This document shows, piece after piece, positions 59,101-64,000 of a stretch of DNA of 64,000 bases. The notes beneath the pieces are model-generated. The model saw only the letters and a list, made by a program, of their open reading frames with translations, did not search any database and had not been told where the DNA came from. This DNA is from Auanema rhodensis (lineage: Eukaryota > Animalia > Nematoda), in assembly GCA_964057225.1 (NCBI GenBank), contig OZ059897.1, forward strand, positions 10,788,001 through 10,852,000. The letters run 5' to 3'. The position numbers and the translations under genes are program-made. Numbering within the stretch: the stretch's first letter is position 1; each line of letters begins with the position of its first letter.

Positions 59101-62100
59101 CTGTCTTGGGCATTTTTTGTTTTGAAATTTAAATGCTATGAAATTATTGCTTGCTTGTCATGTTAGATTTGTTTAATTTAAATACTTGTTTAAGTTCCAA
59201 CAATTTTTGATTAAATCACGTTCAATTAACTGTATTGTTTTCAAAAATAAAGACATCTTTCAATTTCTGGTCATTGAATTAGAATTTTCATGTTGTCACA
59301 CAGAAATTGAAGAATCTTAGTTCATTTCAGTAACAATGAACACACTAACTTTGTTAAGTTGTTGTAATATCGGCCCAAGTAGTATAGTGATTAGTACTCC
59401 ACGTTGTGGCCGTGGCGACACAGGTTCGATTCCTGTCTTGGGCATTTTTTGTTTTGAAATTTAAATGCTATAAAATTATTGCTCGCTTGTCATGTTAGAT
59501 TTGTTTAATTCAAATACTTATTTAAGTTCTAACAATTTTTGATTTAATCACGTTCAATTAACTGTATTGTTTTCAAAAATAAAGACATCTTTCAATTTCT
59601 GGTCATTGAATTAGAATTTTCATGTTGTCACACAGGAAATGAGGAATCTTAGTTCATTTCAGTAACAGTGAACACAATAATTTTGTTTAGTTTGTAATAC
59701 CGGCCCAAGTAGTATAGTGGTTAGTACTCCACGTTGTGGCCGTGGCGACACAGGTTCGATTCCTGTCTTGGGCATTTTTTGTTTTGAAATTTAAATGCTA
59801 TAAAATTATTGCTTGCTTGTCATGTTAGATTTGTTTAATTCAAATACTTATTTAAATTCTAACAATTTTTGATTTAATCACGTTCAATTAACTGTATTGT
59901 TTTCAAAAATAAAGACATCTTTCAATTTCTGGTCATTGAATTAGAATTTTCATGTTGTCACACAGGAAATGAGGAATCTTAGTTCATTTCAGTAACAGTG
60001 AACACAATAATTTTGTTTAGTTTGTAATACCGGCCCAAGTAGTATAGTGGTTAGTACTCCACGTTGTGGCCGTGGCGACACAGGTTCGATTCCTGTCTTG
60101 GGCATTTTTTGTTTTGAAATTTAAATGCTATGAAATTATTGCTTGCTTGTCATGTTAGATTTGTTTAATTTAAATACTTGTTTAAGTTCCAACAATTTTT
60201 GATTAAATCACGTTCAATTAACTGTATTGTTTTCAAAAATAAAGACATCTTTCAATTTCTGGTCATTGAATTAGAATTTTCATGTTGTCACACAGAAATT
60301 GAAGAATCTTAGTTCATTTCAGTAACAATGAACACACTAACTTTGTTAAGTTGTTGTAATATCGGCCCAAGTAGTATAGTGATTAGTACTCCACGTTGTG
60401 GCCGTGGCGACACAGGTTCGATTCCTGTCTTGGGCATTTTTTGTTTTGAAATTTAAATGCTATAAAATTATTGCTCGCTTGTCATGTTAGATTTGTTTAA
60501 TTCAAATACTTATTTAAGTTCTAACAATTTTTGATTTAATCACGTTCAATTAACTGTATTGTTTTCAAAAATAAAGACAAAATTCAATTTCTGTTCATTG
60601 AATTAGAATTTTCATGTTGTCACCCAGAAATTGAAGATTCTTAGTTCAATTCAGTAACAATGAACACACTAACTTTGTTAAGTTGTTGTGATATCGGCCC
60701 AAGTAATATAGTGGTTAGTACTCCACGTTGTGGCCGTGGCGACACAGATTCGATTCCTGTCTTGGGCATTTTTTGTTTTGAAATTAAAATGCTACAAAAT
60801 TATTGCTTGCTTGTCATGTTAGATTTGTTTAATTCAAATACTTATTTAAGTTCTAACAATTATCGATTTAATCACGTTCAATCAACTGTATTGTTTTCAA
60901 AAATAAAGACATCTTTCAATTTCTGGTCATTGAATTAGAATTTTCATGTTGTCACACAGAAATTGAAGAATCTTAGTTCATTTCAGTAACAATGAACACA
61001 CTAACTTTGTTAAATTGTTGTAATATCGGCCCAAGTAGTATAGTGGTTAGTACTCCACGTTGTGGCCGTGGCGACACAGGTTCGATTCCTGTCTTGGGCA
61101 TTTTTTGTTTTGAAATTTAAATGCTATAAACATATTGCTTGCTTGTCATGTTAGATTTCTTCAATTTGAATACTTATTCAAGTTATAACAATTTTTGATT
61201 TAATCACGTTCAATTAACTGTATTGTTTTCAAAAATAAAGACATCTTTCAATTTCTGGTCATTGAATTAGAATTTTCATGTTGTCACACAGAAATTGAAG
61301 AATCTTAGTTCATTTCAGTAACAATGAACACACTAACTTTGTTAAGTTGTTGTAATATCGGCCCAAGTAGTATAGTGGTTAGTACTCCACGTTGTGGCCG
61401 TGGCGACACAGGTTCGATTCCTGTCTTGGGCATTTTTTGTTTTGAAATTTAAATGCTATAAAATTATTGCTTGCTTGTCATGTTAGATTTGTTTAATTCA
61501 AATACTTATTTAAATTCTAACAATTTTTGATTTAATCACGTTCAATTAACTGTATTGTTTTCAAAAATAAAGACATCTTTCAATTTCTGGTCATTGAATT
61601 AGAATTTTCATGTTGTCACACAGGAAATGAGGAATCTTAGTTCATTTCAGTAACAGTGAACACAATAATTTTGTTTAGTTTGTAATACCGGCCCAAGTAG
61701 TATAGTGGTTAGTACTCCACGTTGTGGCCGTGGCGACACAGGTTCGATTCCTGTCTTGGGCATTTTTTGTTTTGAAATTTAAATGCTATGAAATTATTGC
61801 TTGCTTGTCATGTTAGATTTGTTTAATTTAAATACTTGTTTAAGTTCCAACAATTTTTGATTAAATCACGTTCAATTAACTGTATTGTTTTCAAAAATAA
61901 AGACATATTTCAATTTCTGGTCATTGAATTAGAATTTTCATGTTGTCACACAGAAATTGAAGAATCTTAGTTCATTTCAGTAACAATGAACACACTAACT
62001 TTGTTAAGTTGTTGTAATATCGGCCCAAGTAGTATAGTGATTAGTACTCCACGTTGTGGCCGTGGCGACACAGGTTCGATTCCTGTCTTGGGCATTTTTT

Positions 62101-63679
62101 GTTTTGAAATTTAAATGCTATAAAATTATTGCTCGCTTGTCATGTTAGATTTGTTTAATTCAAATACTTATTTAAGTTCTAACAATTTTTGATTTAATCA
62201 CGTTCAATTAACTGTATTGTTTTCAAAAATAAAGACAAAATTCAATTTCTGTTCATTGAATTAGAATTTTCATGTTGTCACCCAGAAATTGAAGATTCTT
62301 AGTTCAATTCAGTAACAATGAACACACTAACTTTGTTAAGTTGTTGTGATATCGGCCCAAGTAATATAGTGGTTAGTACTCCACGTTGTGGCCGTGGCGA
62401 CACAGATTCGATTCCTGTCTTGGGCATTTTTTGTTTTGAAATTAAAATGCTACAAAATTATTGCTTGCTTGTCATGTTAGATTTGTTTAATTCAAATACT
62501 TATTTAAGTTCTAACAATTATCGATTTAATCACGTTCAATCAACTGTATTGTTTTCAAAAATAAAGACATCTTTCAATTTCTGGTCATTGAATTAGAATT
62601 TTCATGTTGTCACACAGAAATTGAAGAATCTTAGTTCATTTCAGTAACAATGAACACACTAACTTTGTTAAGTTGTTGTAATTTCGGCCCAAGTAGTATA
62701 GTGGTTAGTACTCCACGTTGTGGCCGTGGCGACACAGGTTCGATTCCTGTCTTGGGCATTTTTTGTTTTGAAATTTAAATGCTATAAACATATTGCTTGC
62801 TTGTCATGTTAGATTTCTTCAATTTGAATACTTATTCAAGTTATAACAATTTTTGATTTGATCACGTTCAATTAACTGTATTGTTTTCAAAAATAAAGAC
62901 ATCTTTCAATTTCTGGTCATTGAATTAGAATTTTCATGTTGTCACACAGAAATTGAAGAATCTTAGTTCATTTCAGTAACAATGAACACACTAACTTTGT
63001 TAAGTTGTTGTAATATCGGCCCAAGTAGTATAGTGGTTAGTACTCCACGTTGTGGCCGTGGCGACACAGGTTCGATTCCTGTCTTGGGCATTTTTTGTTT
63101 TGAAATTAAAATGCTATAAACATATTGCTTGCTTGTCATGTTAGATTTGTTTAATTCAAATACTTATTTAAGTTCTAACAATTTTTGATTTAATCACGTT
63201 CAATTAACAGTATTGTTTTCAAAAATGAAGACATCTTTCAATTTTTGGTCATTGATTAGAATTTTCATGTTGTCACACAGAAATTGAAGAATCTTAGTTC
63301 ATTTCAGTAACAATGAACACACTAACTTTGTTAAGTTGTTGTAATATCGGCCCAAGTAGTATAGTGATTAGTACTCCACGTTGTGGCCGTGGCGACACAG
63401 GTTCGATTCCTGTCTTGGGCATTTTTTGTTTTGAAATTTAAATGCTATAAAATTATTGCTCGCTTGTCATGTTAGATTTGTTTAATTCAAATACTTATTT
63501 AAGTTCTAACAATTTTTGATTTAATCACGTTCAATTAACTGTATTGTTTTCAAAAATAAAGACATCTTTCAATTTCTGGTCATTGAATTAGAATTTTCAT
63601 GTTGTCACACAGGAAATGAGGAATCTTAGTTCATTTCAGTAACAGTGAACACAATAATTTTGTTTAGTTTGTAATACCG

Positions 63680-63751
63680 GCCCAAGTAGTATAGTGGTTA
63701 GTACTCCACGTTGTGGCCGTGGCGACACAGGTTCGATTCCTGTCTTGGGCA
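63680..63751 (+). tRNA. tRNA-His(GTG), last complete gene in window
   Basis: Consensus tRNA body. Confidence 0.94.
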
Positions 63752-64000
63752 TTTTTTGTTTTGAAATTTAAATGCTATAAAATTATTGCTTGCTTGTCAT
63801 GTTAGATTTGTTTAATTCAAATACTTATTTAAATTCTAACAATTTTTGATTTAATCACGTTCAATTAACTGTATTGTTTTCAAAAATAAAGACATCTTTC
63901 AATTTCTGGTCATTGAATTAGAATTTTCATGTTGTCACACAGGAAATGAGGAATCTTAGTTCATTTCAGTAACAGTGAACACAATAATTTTGTTTAGTTT

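Larger units (their letters stand above)
47099..64000 (+). repeat. Tandem tRNA-His(GTG) array, block 3 (~51 units; continues past window)
   Basis: Units at 47114, 47440, 47771 ... 63680. Confidence 0.98.

Noticed and set aside
3303-62596. Recurrent 68-105 aa ORFs (MNTLTLLSCC... / MLSCCNIG...)
   Set aside because: They read through the tRNA gene and are open only in units where the G10A variant and a spacer SNP remove stops; by-products of the repeat.

Overview
AT-rich eukaryotic DNA, most likely from a nematode (inferred). About 45 kb is a head-to-tail tandem array of one tRNA-His(GTG) gene. The unit is ~330-332 bp: a 72-nt tRNA with a genome-encoded G-1, a T6 Pol III terminator and a ~255-bp spacer. 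I counted ~137 copies by eye in three blocks (51 + 35 + 51), all on the + strand, with higher-order repeat structure. The array is interrupted twice (16927-26208 and 37817-47098) by a 9,282-bp BEL/Pao (Belpaoviridae) LTR retroelement on the - strand. Each copy has 296-bp LTRs (TGTCGC...GCGACA), a 5-bp TSD (TAGTT) 11-15 bp upstream of a tRNA gene, and a tRNA-Gly(GCC) primer-binding site. Each also has a single gag-pro-RT-RNaseH-IN-env reading frame broken only by in-frame stops, a phlebovirus-like Gc envelope preceded by a very short Gn-like stub, and a 3' accessory ORF with a second set of Zn knuckles. The two copies are one insertion duplicated with its flanks (offset 20,890 bp), not two independent insertions. 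The most notable unexplained signal is a 16-nt block in the LTR, overlapping the poly(A) signal, that matches the D-arm of the same tRNA-Gly used as primer. This suggests a bipartite primer-tRNA interaction.
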